Origin: a virus | IMG/VR virus record: IMGVR_UViG_3300045988_132434 | Span: 1 to 64,000 of that record | Length of the DNA stretch: 64,000 nt | Strand: one strand, 5' to 3' | In this document: piece after piece, positions 1 through 7,995 of the stretch | How positions within the stretch are numbered: the first letter of the stretch is position 1 | How the letters are laid out: every line of letters starts with the position of its first letter | Notes under the pieces: generated by a model | Databases searched by the model: none | Seen by the model: only the letters and a program-made list of their open reading frames with translations | What the model was told of the DNA's origin: nothing | Position numbers and translations under genes: made by a program

Positions 1-810
1 AGCATCAATATATGCGCCACCAGACTCGGTGCGCTTGATAAATGCCTGTGCCAGATGTTCGTCTATGCCGAATATCATATTGACAGCCTTGACCATTTCA
101 TCAATAGAGAAGACTCTCGGTCTTGGGTGTATTTTTCGATACTTCTCGCTGTAAGTTTTCAACCGCTTGGCCATGTACTCGCTGATGCTGTCAGAATATT
201 GCCAGTAAAGATCTGCTTCTGGAGTCTTGTCGTTATTACTGCGAGAGGTGCGGAAGAATCCCTTGAGCTGCTTCAATGACTGCTGCACGCCATCAAACTG
301 CTGAAACTCTATTGTATCGCCAAACACCAGACGCATGCCTTGAGCAACCTCTACCAGTTCGGCTTCGAGAAATTCCGACAGGAACGTTATCTTATCAAGA
401 TGGGCGGTCAGTTCGTCAACCTTCTGCATGATGTCGGTCTTGGAGTAATCGACATAATACTTCAGCAGCGTGGTAAACGACAGAAAGTCATAAGTCACGT
501 CAGACCGTCTGTTGGTCTGCACCAATGTGGAAAACAGTACGTCAGCCAACTTATGATCACGCTGTTGTATCTGTTTGATGAGCGACAGAATCTCCTGTGA
601 GTTTTGCTTCATGCGACCGGCACATTTCACCAGCGCATTACGCTTCTCTACCGCTTCAACAAAATTGGGATCATGGAAAAGCAGTTTGATAGTCTCTGCA
701 TACCTCTCCATGGGCACATCCTTGAAGTTGAACGTATAGATGGTCGGTTCTGCACAGACTTTCTCCATGCGCTTCTCGTTCACCTTTGCTGCTTTTTTAT
801 TTTTGACCAT
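1..810 (-). CDS. hypothetical protein, 3' end off window (MVKNKKAAKVNEKRMEKVCAEPTIYTF...)
   Basis: Manual translation: ATG at 808-810 (minus), then an open frame to position 1. It is absent from the ORF track because there is no stop in the window. The + ORFs at 55-837 are antisense shadows. Confidence 0.55.
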   Translation of the reverse strand, partial: MVKNKKAAKVNEKRMEKVCAEPTIYTFNFKDVPMERYAETIKLLFHDPNFVEAVEKRNALVKCAGRMKQNSQEILSLIKQIQQRDHKLADVLFSTLVQTNRRSDVTYDFLSFTTLLKYYVDYSKTDIMQKVDELTAHLDKITFLSEFLEAELVEVAQGMRLVFGDTIEFQQFDGVQQSLKQLKGFFRTSRSNNDKTPEADLYWQYSDSISEYMAKRLKTYSEKYRKIHPRPRVFSIDEMVKAVNMIFGIDEHLAQAFIKRTESGGAYIDA

Positions 811-858
811 GCTCTATATTTCCTTTATTTATCATAAGACTGATTGTTGCTCGAAATA

Positions 859-1248
859 TCAACGCTCGTCACCATCACCATCTATAAGGTTTCGTTGTTT
901 GCGCGAAGCCAGTTTGGCAAGGTTTTCTTCTGCCACTTCCTCAAGCGTAACGCCCATCACCTTGGCAAGTCCGGCTGTCTGCCAGAGTATATCGCCGATT
1001 TCGGAGAGCATAAGGTGGCGTTCCTCATCACTGACGTTCCACATCTGCGTATGCAGGATTCTGCCTTCCTCGTCGCGCTCTGTAGTGGTGATATGCAGTT
1101 TGCCTTTGCGCATGTGCTTGGCTGCCTTACTGGAAAACTCGCCAACTTCACCTATGAGATTGGCAAGCATATAGAACAGGTTATCACTCTCAGGCATACA
1201 AGTGCTCATAGCCTTGTCCTGGTATTCGTTTAGTGTCAATTCTTCCAT
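859..1248 (-). CDS. MazG-like nucleoside triphosphate pyrophosphohydrolase
   Basis: All-helical 129 aa protein. It has NEYQ..A, LIGEVGEF and EIGDILWQ..LA motifs typical of the MazG/NTP-PPase family. Confidence 0.75.
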   Translation of the reverse strand: MEELTLNEYQDKAMSTCMPESDNLFYMLANLIGEVGEFSSKAAKHMRKGKLHITTTERDEEGRILHTQMWNVSDEERHLMLSEIGDILWQTAGLAKVMGVTLEEVAEENLAKLASRKQRNLIDGDGDER

Positions 1249-1266
1249 AATGTTTTATGTAATTGG

Positions 1267-2163
1267 TTAAATATCAAAATCGTCAATATAGAGTTTCATA
1301 CGGTTCAGGATGATGTTGCGTATCATGCTTGCAATGATATGCGCATTAGGATGCGGTTTACCGGTCTTACCATGATAGCGAAGGTCGATAATGTTCTTCC
1401 ATTCGGCTATGGTATAGGTGTATGCCACTACGGTATAGGTATCAAGAGGCAGCGCACCACGTGCATCTTGCGGTTTCATACCAGACCGCAGGAGTCTGTT
1501 ATATCCCCATTCACACACTCGGCATACCAAACGATAAACAAACCGTTGCCATCGTGTACCGTCATCATACCAATGCGGACGTGCTATCTGCACACCACCC
1601 TTCTTCTCAAGGTTGCAGTAGCGAGTACTCTGCTCGGCAATGTTGTTGGGCGAAGTACGGTTCAGTTCGCGCGACGAACTGATCTGTGTTGTCACTACCA
1701 AGGTCATACGAAGATTGAGAAACGCATCATCACAATAGTATTTCTCTGCTTTTTTGATATAGTCATCTTCCGTAACAGCGTATGGTTTCAAGGCATCAAA
1801 GAGATTGCCGTTTTCAAGCAGGAACTGCATGTTCGTACTGATCCATACCTTATGGTCTTTAGTGGCATAGTCGATGTAAGGTGAAGCATTCAGATACGCC
1901 CAAATGTAGTTAGGAAGACCCTTTTCGTTGGGCATAAAAAAATACATGGTGCCGTGTCGGTACATCGAACGATGTCCGCTTTCCCAGAATCCTTTGCAGC
2001 GATCTTCATCACGCTTTTCGATAAAGGTTTCTTTCTCATCTTCCGACATACTATCGTCGGGCTGTTTACCCTTTGCCTTATAACATATTCGCCCCACTTG
2101 TGCAATATGTTGCACCAGACTTGTTTGGGGCCACCACTCAACTTTGGGTTCTGTGAAAATCAT
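1267..2163 (-). CDS. thyX: divergent ThyX-like (FAD-dependent thymidylate synthase fold) protein
   Basis: SGHRSMYRHG, SRELNRTSPNNIAEQSTRY and ARGALPLDTYT..W..IIDLR align by eye to the ThyX GHxSxxEH, RQxxRHRxxSxxxxSxRY and ARxxLPxxxxT blocks. The RHR triplet reads RTS here. Confidence 0.6.
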   Translation of the reverse strand: MIFTEPKVEWWPQTSLVQHIAQVGRICYKAKGKQPDDSMSEDEKETFIEKRDEDRCKGFWESGHRSMYRHGTMYFFMPNEKGLPNYIWAYLNASPYIDYATKDHKVWISTNMQFLLENGNLFDALKPYAVTEDDYIKKAEKYYCDDAFLNLRMTLVVTTQISSSRELNRTSPNNIAEQSTRYCNLEKKGGVQIARPHWYDDGTRWQRFVYRLVCRVCEWGYNRLLRSGMKPQDARGALPLDTYTVVAYTYTIAEWKNIIDLRYHGKTGKPHPNAHIIASMIRNIILNRMKLYIDDFDI

Positions 2164-2181
2164 TTTTTCTATTCTTAAAAC

Positions 2182-2679
2182 TTACTTGATACTATAATTT
2201 ACTGCAAGCACCTTGTTGTAAAGTTCTCGCATAGAACCGCTATTGAAGATGACAGCATCATAAAATGCCAACGGCAACTTCTTTCTGTTCTTGTCGCGGT
2301 CGATACGCTCCAGACTTACGCCACGGCGAATACGCGACGATATATTGGCAGCCACACAAATTTTGAACAGTTCTATATTGGGGAACTTCTCGCAGAGCGA
2401 CTTCAGACCGTCCTCGTCGATTACATAGATAGCCTTGTCGCCCACCTGCTCTACGGTGGTCCAATACTCATAGCCGCCATATTGCGTATAAGCCAGCATC
2501 TTGTCGTGCGACACATCACACTTCTCCACAAAGTGATGCTCCACACCGTCAATCTCACCTTCACGCTTCGGACGGGTGGTATAAGAGCATATCACTTGAT
2601 AGCCACCCATTTCAGACAGAATCCTTGCTACGGTGTCTTTTCCCGCACCACTCGGACCGGTAATTGTTATTAGTTTCAT
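2182..2679 (-). CDS. gmk: guanylate kinase-like nucleoside monophosphate kinase
   Basis: P-loop ITGPSGAGKD followed by YTTRPKREGEIDGVEHHFV (Gmk signature). I take the start at the internal ATG 2679, because the upstream MAITIAITIT extension is just a translation of a DNA repeat. Confidence 0.8.
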   Translation of the reverse strand: MKLITITGPSGAGKDTVARILSEMGGYQVICSYTTRPKREGEIDGVEHHFVEKCDVSHDKMLAYTQYGGYEYWTTVEQVGDKAIYVIDEDGLKSLCEKFPNIELFKICVAANISSRIRRGVSLERIDRDKNRKKLPLAFYDAVIFNSGSMRELYNKVLAVNYSIK

Positions 2680-2725
2680 AGAGTATAGAAAATGAGGTGA
2701 GCCACGTCCTTCATACGGCACTTCA

Positions 2726-2800
2726 GTGATAGTGATGGCGATAGTGATAGCCACCGCAGTCGGGTGATAGTGATAGCGAAATAGAAGATGTTGACTGCGG
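2726..2800. repeat. GTGATAG direct-repeat cluster plus 8-bp inverted repeat CCGCAGTC/GACTGCGG
   Basis: gtgatagtgatggcgatagtgatagcc at 2726-2752 and gtgatagtgatagcg at 2764-2778. The IR lies at 2754-2761 and 2793-2800. The cluster sits 50-120 nt upstream of the kinase start. Confidence 0.5.
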
Positions 2801-2805
2801 AGTGA

Positions 2806-2905
2806 TTTTTGCGCAAAACTTGCTCTAACCAGCTGAGCTACTTTTCTTCCGAAAAGAAAAGAAAGGATTCGAACCTATGACCTCGTGAGGCGCGTTTTTG
2901 CAAAC
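2806..2905 (-). ncRNA. circularly permuted tRNA-like element (3' half - 7 nt linker - 5' half)
   Basis: Minus strand reads AGGTC-ATAGG-TTCGAAT-CCTTT-CTTTTCT, then TTTCGGA, then AGAAAAG-TA-GCTC-AGCTGGTTA-GAGC-A. The T loop and D loop are canonical and the acceptor strands are perfectly complementary. There is no normally placed anticodon arm and no CCA. Confidence 0.5.
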
Positions 2906-3013
2906 GACCGCACTAAAAGAAAACTCCGTATGCTATCCGTGTGAGGGTCAGTTTCACGGTGCAAGACCTTCAGTCTGACCTTACCCACCTCGTATTATTT
3001 ATTATTTTATGTT

Positions 3014-3907
3014 TTACAAACCGTTGACCTCTGCATATATTCCCTGGAGGTCGTTAGGGATAATAATGCGTAGAGACGTTATCTCTTTGATTTCCTGCTG
3101 TTGCCACTCAACGAACATCGTCTGTAATCTCGACATTTCGGTATCGAAATAATTACTCTTTTCCTGACATTCTGCATATTTTTTCTTGTATTCAGCCAAT
3201 CGCTTGCTGTACTCCTTTTCGGCTTCTATCCGGAAACGATGCTCGATGCCATTAAACTCAGCTTGCAATGCCCGATATTCATCCTGAAGCTGGAAGAAGG
3301 TCTTATTCAGTCGGTTGATGGTATTGGATTCAACATTATAAGAGAACACAACCATATCACGGCCTTCTCCCTCTATCTCCGTAGGATTAGCCAGACGGTA
3401 TAACACTCTCTTCAATGCCATAGGCAACAGACCGTCGGGATGAATATATTTGCCATACACCGCCATTTTGGTTTTCAACTCAATATAGCGGTTGCGATCC
3501 TTTACATTCAGAATCTCATTGCCCACCTTGTCAATATCGGAAACCGGGTCAGGAGCCACTGGCCTTTCAGGCAGAGTAATATTATGATCGTCAGCCCACA
3601 CCATGAAGTTGCAGTCTTGCACTGACTTCAATCCTTTCTCACGTTCGTTGATAGCCTCACGCAGCCAACCGATAAGGGCGTTGCACTGAGCTACGCGACG
3701 TATTACATCGGGAATAGCATCAAGGGTGTCAAGAGGAGCTTCCACAATCGACGGTTGTGCATCGCCAAGCAGACGTGCACTCTTGGTGTAAAGACGCAAG
3801 GTGTCAGCCTGCGCAGAGATTCGCTGCGCATACTCCTTTGCCATGTTTGCAACATGGTTGGCAGATGTGGCTGTTAAGCCTTCTTTTGCAAAAAATACAT
3901 TATTCAT
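3014..3907 (-). CDS. hypothetical protein with C-terminal coiled coil
   Basis: 297 aa ORF with no recognisable motifs. Confidence 0.6.
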   Translation of the reverse strand: MNNVFFAKEGLTATSANHVANMAKEYAQRISAQADTLRLYTKSARLLGDAQPSIVEAPLDTLDAIPDVIRRVAQCNALIGWLREAINEREKGLKSVQDCNFMVWADDHNITLPERPVAPDPVSDIDKVGNEILNVKDRNRYIELKTKMAVYGKYIHPDGLLPMALKRVLYRLANPTEIEGEGRDMVVFSYNVESNTINRLNKTFFQLQDEYRALQAEFNGIEHRFRIEAEKEYSKRLAEYKKKYAECQEKSNYFDTEMSRLQTMFVEWQQQEIKEITSLRIIIPNDLQGIYAEVNGL

Positions 3908-3965
3908 ACATATCGTTTTTATTTGAATTTTAACATTTTAGTAATCAGTATAGAAGCGTAGTACA

Positions 3966-4002
3966 ATCGTAATACTTTCATAGTACTTTCGTAGTACTTG
4001 CT
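3966..4002 (-). promoter_or_regulatory. 3 x 11-bp AGTACTAYGAA array (partner copy at 57688-57723)
   Basis: The reverse complement of 3966-4002 matches 57688-57723 at 35 of 36 positions. It lies about 60-95 nt upstream of the ATG at 3907. Confidence 0.5.
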
Positions 4003-4089
4003 TTTTGCGAAAATCGGGGCTTTTTTGCCGTTTTCCGAGATTTTGATTTAACACTTGTAAAAAATGTTTACGCTGAATTTTTAGGTTCT

Positions 4090-5190
4090 TCATCCGTATA
4101 TCTCCAACAAATCATCCCTCGCCAATGTGATGTTTTTATCCTTACACTGCTTGAAGAAGAAATTTTTTGTATTAGAGTATTGAGCAAACGACGGCCACCT
4201 CTTAGCGAAGTCGCTCTCATGGTGTCCGCAAGTAGAATCTGCCGGACGGAATCGCGATACACGCTTCCAGAAGTCGTAACCATCCTGCCCTACCAGATGA
4301 TAGAGAGACATACCACAATACACCCACTCTATATATCCACCTTCGGTTCCTGCCATCAAATCTACATGCTGCTGCTCTACCTTTTCAACAAGTCGTTTTA
4401 CCTTACGGTAAACTATTTCGGGGGTATCGTTGTGCCAATCACCAATGATAACACCATTCTTCGCTGAAGATCCATGGTGAGTTTCCGCATAAGAAGAATG
4501 ATATTGGCGAGACAAAGGCAGGGGCATTACCATTTGGTCGTTCAGTCCCGTATAGGCAGTTGCCTTCTCATTGATATATATATGCTCAGGATCATCCCAT
4601 GACGCAAAACGTACACGACCGATATTGCCACACGACCTATCGAGCGTAATGCCACAAGCAGCATAATCCTTCAACAGGGCTTTGAACTGGTCTTTATGCC
4701 TATCTGGATAAGCCAAGCGCACAAGACCGAAATAGCCGCTACCAGAGCACGACCGCATGAGCAAGGCTATCTCAGGGCGATATTGACATACAAAACGCAC
4801 ATTATCGAACTGAGTAAGGTGTTTATTGTCGTCAAGGTCGATGTCGATGGCGAGCCAGCCAGTATGCTGTTGTAGGTGACTCTCCCGTCGGCTCACCATG
4901 ACGCGCTGCCCTGGATGGGTAAGGCTGTCGTCCTCGTAAAGCGCGAACAACCCACTGAGCGTAGCACCAGGCAACATCTTCTTTGTCTCGATGTACTCCG
5001 GCATCTTCTTTGCCTTACTACCCAGTTCCTGCCGCATGGCACGCAGACGCTGCACATACGGCTTCCATCTGTCCGTCAAGCAGAACTCACGGATAGACAT
5101 CTGCTGAATACACTCGCCCGTCTCGCGGTCAACGAAACGACCTTCAGCATCCTGTGCAGACTCATACACCGAACAGATTTCATCAAACAT
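4090..5190 (-). CDS. BT4734/VirE_N-like (primase-related N-terminal domain) protein
   Basis: KKMLPGATLSGLF, LAIDIDLD, SCSGSGYFGLV and DRSCGNIGRVRFASWDDPEHIYIN match the pattern I recall for the VirE_N/BT4734 family. Confidence 0.5.
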   Translation of the reverse strand: MFDEICSVYESAQDAEGRFVDRETGECIQQMSIREFCLTDRWKPYVQRLRAMRQELGSKAKKMPEYIETKKMLPGATLSGLFALYEDDSLTHPGQRVMVSRRESHLQQHTGWLAIDIDLDDNKHLTQFDNVRFVCQYRPEIALLMRSCSGSGYFGLVRLAYPDRHKDQFKALLKDYAACGITLDRSCGNIGRVRFASWDDPEHIYINEKATAYTGLNDQMVMPLPLSRQYHSSYAETHHGSSAKNGVIIGDWHNDTPEIVYRKVKRLVEKVEQQHVDLMAGTEGGYIEWVYCGMSLYHLVGQDGYDFWKRVSRFRPADSTCGHHESDFAKRWPSFAQYSNTKNFFFKQCKDKNITLARDDLLEIYG

Positions 5191-5228
5191 TGCGCTCTAT
5201 AATTAGTAGGTCATTATTGTTTTTTTTT

Positions 5229-5247
5229 GTTGCAAATTTAAGAATTA
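5229..5247 (-). promoter_or_regulatory. Bacteroidota-type promoter TAATTCTTAAATTTGCAAC (-7 box TAAATTTG)
   Basis: CAAATTTA at 5233-5240 on the plus strand. The identical 19-mer recurs upstream of parA at 42274-42292. Confidence 0.55.
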
Positions 5248-5432
5248 AAAGTCATTCTGCCAAATGTTACCTATTCTTTTTCACATGTCACATTCGTTTT
5301 TAACATTTTATGTCTTTTCTAAAGTTAAATTTTCACATTCGGATATTTAATGCTCACATTATGTTTTTTAATGACTTATCAAATAAAAAGTATAAATCAT
5401 AAACATGGCTTTCACCCGTACATTTATATATA

Positions 5433-5440
5433 TACCTTTG
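5433..5440 (+). promoter_or_regulatory. -7 box TACCTTTG
   Basis: Matches TAnnTTTG and lies 15 nt upstream of the ATG at 5455. Confidence 0.55.
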
Positions 5441-5454
5441 CGACAAGTTCAATA

Positions 5455-5991
5455 ATGAGCGAAACACAAAAACACACAAACACTATGCAAATTAGAACAA
5501 ACGACGGCAACTATGACGTTGCCAGCAAGGGACTTGGCAATACAGCCTTGGGTCTCGGCATCGCAGGCTTGGCAACAAGTCTGTTGGGAGGCAGTGCCTC
5601 ACTGTTAGGTTTCGGTAAAAACGGCATGACCGCAAATCCATCTGATCCTGACGCACGCTTTGTCACCAAAAGCGAGACAAACCTGATTCAGGAGAACAGT
5701 ACGCTGAAAACGGAACTCGCCATTCAGAAAAGCGAGAACTACACCGACAAGAAACTCGTAGAGGTGACGACCTACCTCGATGCCAAAATGCGCAAACTGG
5801 AGGATAAGGTTGATGGCAACAAAGACGCACAGCAGGCTATCAATGCACAGCAGATGGCATACAATGCCGCCGCAAATGCAAACATTGATGTTTTGAAGTC
5901 GCAGGTGGCATCACTGACCAGCGTGACCAAACTGTTCATACCATCAAGCAACGTCTGCCAGACAGGATGCGGATGTGGCTGCAACGCTTAA
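5455..5991 (+). CDS. hypothetical Gly-rich hydrophobic plus coiled-coil protein ending CQTGCGCGCNA
   Basis: Internal ATG chosen just downstream of the promoter. Contains GLGNTALGLGIAGLATSLLGG, then heptad-like repeats, then a Cys-rich tail. Confidence 0.55.
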   Translation: MSETQKHTNTMQIRTNDGNYDVASKGLGNTALGLGIAGLATSLLGGSASLLGFGKNGMTANPSDPDARFVTKSETNLIQENSTLKTELAIQKSENYTDKKLVEVTTYLDAKMRKLEDKVDGNKDAQQAINAQQMAYNAAANANIDVLKSQVASLTSVTKLFIPSSNVCQTGCGCGCNA

Positions 5992-6003
5992 CGCTCAAAC
6001 GGT

Positions 6004-6426
6004 ATGGAATATTCCAACTCACAGATATTGGCAGCAGTCGTGTCAGAATGGGCACGACCTGCCATTTCTCAGATAGCTGCCGGCAATCTGATGAAACTGC
6101 CCATGCTGCAATCACTGCAGGCTACTATCAGTTCGATGGGGTTGGTCAGTGGAAACTATGCCTTGCAAAAAGACATAGAACCGCTCATTCAACCCGTGGT
6201 CAATTCGCTGGTCACACCTATGCTTGCCCGATATTTCGGTCAGATACCCGAAGAAAGCATACCTCAGATGGCACACGATGTGGTAGATAAGATCCGCTAC
6301 AACGGACCTCTGTCTATTCTTGAAGGTTTAGTAACCTTTGATGAAGACGACCTCGACGAACTGGCAGACCTTTTACAGAAAAATCTGCCCATTGAGAAAA
6401 CGGAAGGCTATCTCGTGAAGAAATAA
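6004..6426 (+). CDS. hypothetical protein
   Basis: 140 aa ORF, tightly packed in the operon. Confidence 0.55.
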   Translation: MEYSNSQILAAVVSEWARPAISQIAAGNLMKLPMLQSLQATISSMGLVSGNYALQKDIEPLIQPVVNSLVTPMLARYFGQIPEESIPQMAHDVVDKIRYNGPLSILEGLVTFDEDDLDELADLLQKNLPIEKTEGYLVKK

Positions 6427-6477
6427 AAACTATCCAGCGGCGGCTCGCTTCGTCGCTATAATAAAACAGAAACAACT

Positions 6478-6909
6478 ATGAACAAACGAACAACTCCGGC
6501 TTATATCACAGCCACCCTCGCAGTGGGTGCATCAGCAACAGCACCCTACTATGATGTCAACATCACCCAACAGCTATGCACACCGGCTTGCGTTGACGAA
6601 ACACCTGTGTTTAACCCCACATTCACGGTAAAGAATGTCGTCAACGTCGGTGCTTCACAATACCTTGTGGTTATCCACGTTGAAGGTGCAATAAACTACA
6701 TCCCATGCAACTGTGGATCATGTTGCACCAGGACACAGGTCATCAGTCAAGACTTCACTATCCCCGTCTTTAGCACAACAGCCATTCAGTCCGTTACCTC
6801 GTCTGTAGGTACCGTTCAGAATGGAATTGCAAAAATTGCCTGTTGCTCATGCTCCAGAACTTTCGTTTCTGACGCACCTCTGACGCTCACCATTACTGCA
6901 ACAGCATAA
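6478..6909 (+). CDS. hypothetical Cys-rich small protein
   Basis: 143 aa with PCNCGSCCTRT and ACCSCSRT clusters; otherwise rich in T, V and S. Confidence 0.55.
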   Translation: MNKRTTPAYITATLAVGASATAPYYDVNITQQLCTPACVDETPVFNPTFTVKNVVNVGASQYLVVIHVEGAINYIPCNCGSCCTRTQVISQDFTIPVFSTTAIQSVTSSVGTVQNGIAKIACCSCSRTFVSDAPLTLTITATA

Positions 6910-6910
6910 G

Positions 6911-7213
6911 ATGTTACTAATAGCACTTGCCATCATGGTGACAGCAACAATGAGTCAGCACCTCGGACTGGCACAGGCCATTACAGAGGTGCTGACTAAG
7001 ATTGCATCGTGTGCGCAATGCGCTACATTCTGGTCTGTTCTGTTGGGTCTGCTCTATATCGACGGAAACATCATATTGGATATGCTCTTAGCCATAATCA
7101 TGGCTTATCTGTCTAATTGGTGTCTATTAGTATTGTTACACTTACAACTCTATTTTAACATATTATATGACAAAGAAAACAAAAAACACCACAGCAACCG
7201 AAACAGCCAATGA
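6911..7213 (+). CDS. hypothetical multi-pass small membrane protein
   Basis: 100 aa with about 3 hydrophobic segments and a basic C-terminus. Its start lies 2 nt after the preceding stop. Confidence 0.55.
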   Translation: MLLIALAIMVTATMSQHLGLAQAITEVLTKIASCAQCATFWSVLLGLLYIDGNIILDMLLAIIMAYLSNWCLLVLLHLQLYFNILYDKENKKHHSNRNSQ

Positions 7214-7310
7214 GCCTTCCGGTTTCTTTCAGGTCAACAGTTCTGAAACATTCGTTCCTGCAATACCTCAATTCAAAGGTATATGCCCAAATTGCTAAAA
7301 ACTAAAGAAA

Positions 7311-7811
7311 ATGAAATATATTCAACTAATCGAACAGGCTCGCACAAACGGCGTTGCCTCAGAGGAAAAAATGTGGGCTGCCATTGAGCAAATGTCCCAC
7401 GACCTGTCTGCCATTAAAAATGAACATCCAGACATCTTCTGGCGCATCATGCGCCATCAGCACGCCTCACTTTACGACAGACATTACAGCGAGAAATTTG
7501 CAAACCACGATGTGAACAGTCTCGAATACGGCCAGCGCGATGACAATGGCGAACCGATGTGCCATGGTGCACACTGGACGAAGGCGCAAGTGGTAGAAGC
7601 CACCAAGGATATGCGATTCCACAAAAAGGTGAACGACTGGGATAAATACGTAGCCTTCAACTCGATGTATGCCGATCTGTGTGCAAACATGGATGAAGAA
7701 GATATTATCAACGCTGCCTATCTTTTCTACTTTTGCGATGAAGACTGGCAGACGGATGACGACTGCACTAAGATATGGGACTACACCTCCATGCACGCCA
7801 ACATGGAGTGA
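7311..7811 (+). CDS. hypothetical protein
   Basis: 166 aa ORF, the last gene before the terminator. Confidence 0.55.
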   Translation: MKYIQLIEQARTNGVASEEKMWAAIEQMSHDLSAIKNEHPDIFWRIMRHQHASLYDRHYSEKFANHDVNSLEYGQRDDNGEPMCHGAHWTKAQVVEATKDMRFHKKVNDWDKYVAFNSMYADLCANMDEEDIINAAYLFYFCDEDWQTDDDCTKIWDYTSMHANME

Positions 7812-7844
7812 ATATCATATCAACATTAACCTTACTATATAGCG

Positions 7845-7892
7845 AAAACCTCTTTGCATGATAAGAGAGCGTGCAACAGAGGTTTTCTTTTC
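7845..7892 (+). terminator. rho-independent terminator
   Basis: AAAACCTCT (7845-7853) pairs with AGAGGTTTT (7878-7886), followed by CTTTTC. Confidence 0.6.
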
Positions 7893-7966
7893 GGTTGCCA
7901 CAAACATTTTATTTTATGATTAGATTTTTTAATATAACATCAACGTTGTATTAGATTACAATTTTA

Positions 7967-7974
7967 TAACTTTG
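7967..7974 (+). promoter_or_regulatory. -7 box TAACTTTG
   Basis: Matches TAnnTTTG and lies 22 nt upstream of the LysR ATG. Confidence 0.55.
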
Positions 7975-7995
7975 CATCAAATAAAACTATAAATT

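Noticed and set aside
55-837. Three plus-strand ORFs (74, 86 and 77 aa) at the left edge.
   Set aside because: They lie antisense to a continuous 270-codon minus-strand frame (1-810) whose sequence looks far more protein-like. I treat them as shadow ORFs.
2680-2754. N-terminal extension MAITIAITITEVPYEG... of the kinase ORF.
   Set aside because: It is a literal translation of the GTGATAG DNA repeats. The P-loop begins 8 residues after the internal Met, as in normal Gmk.
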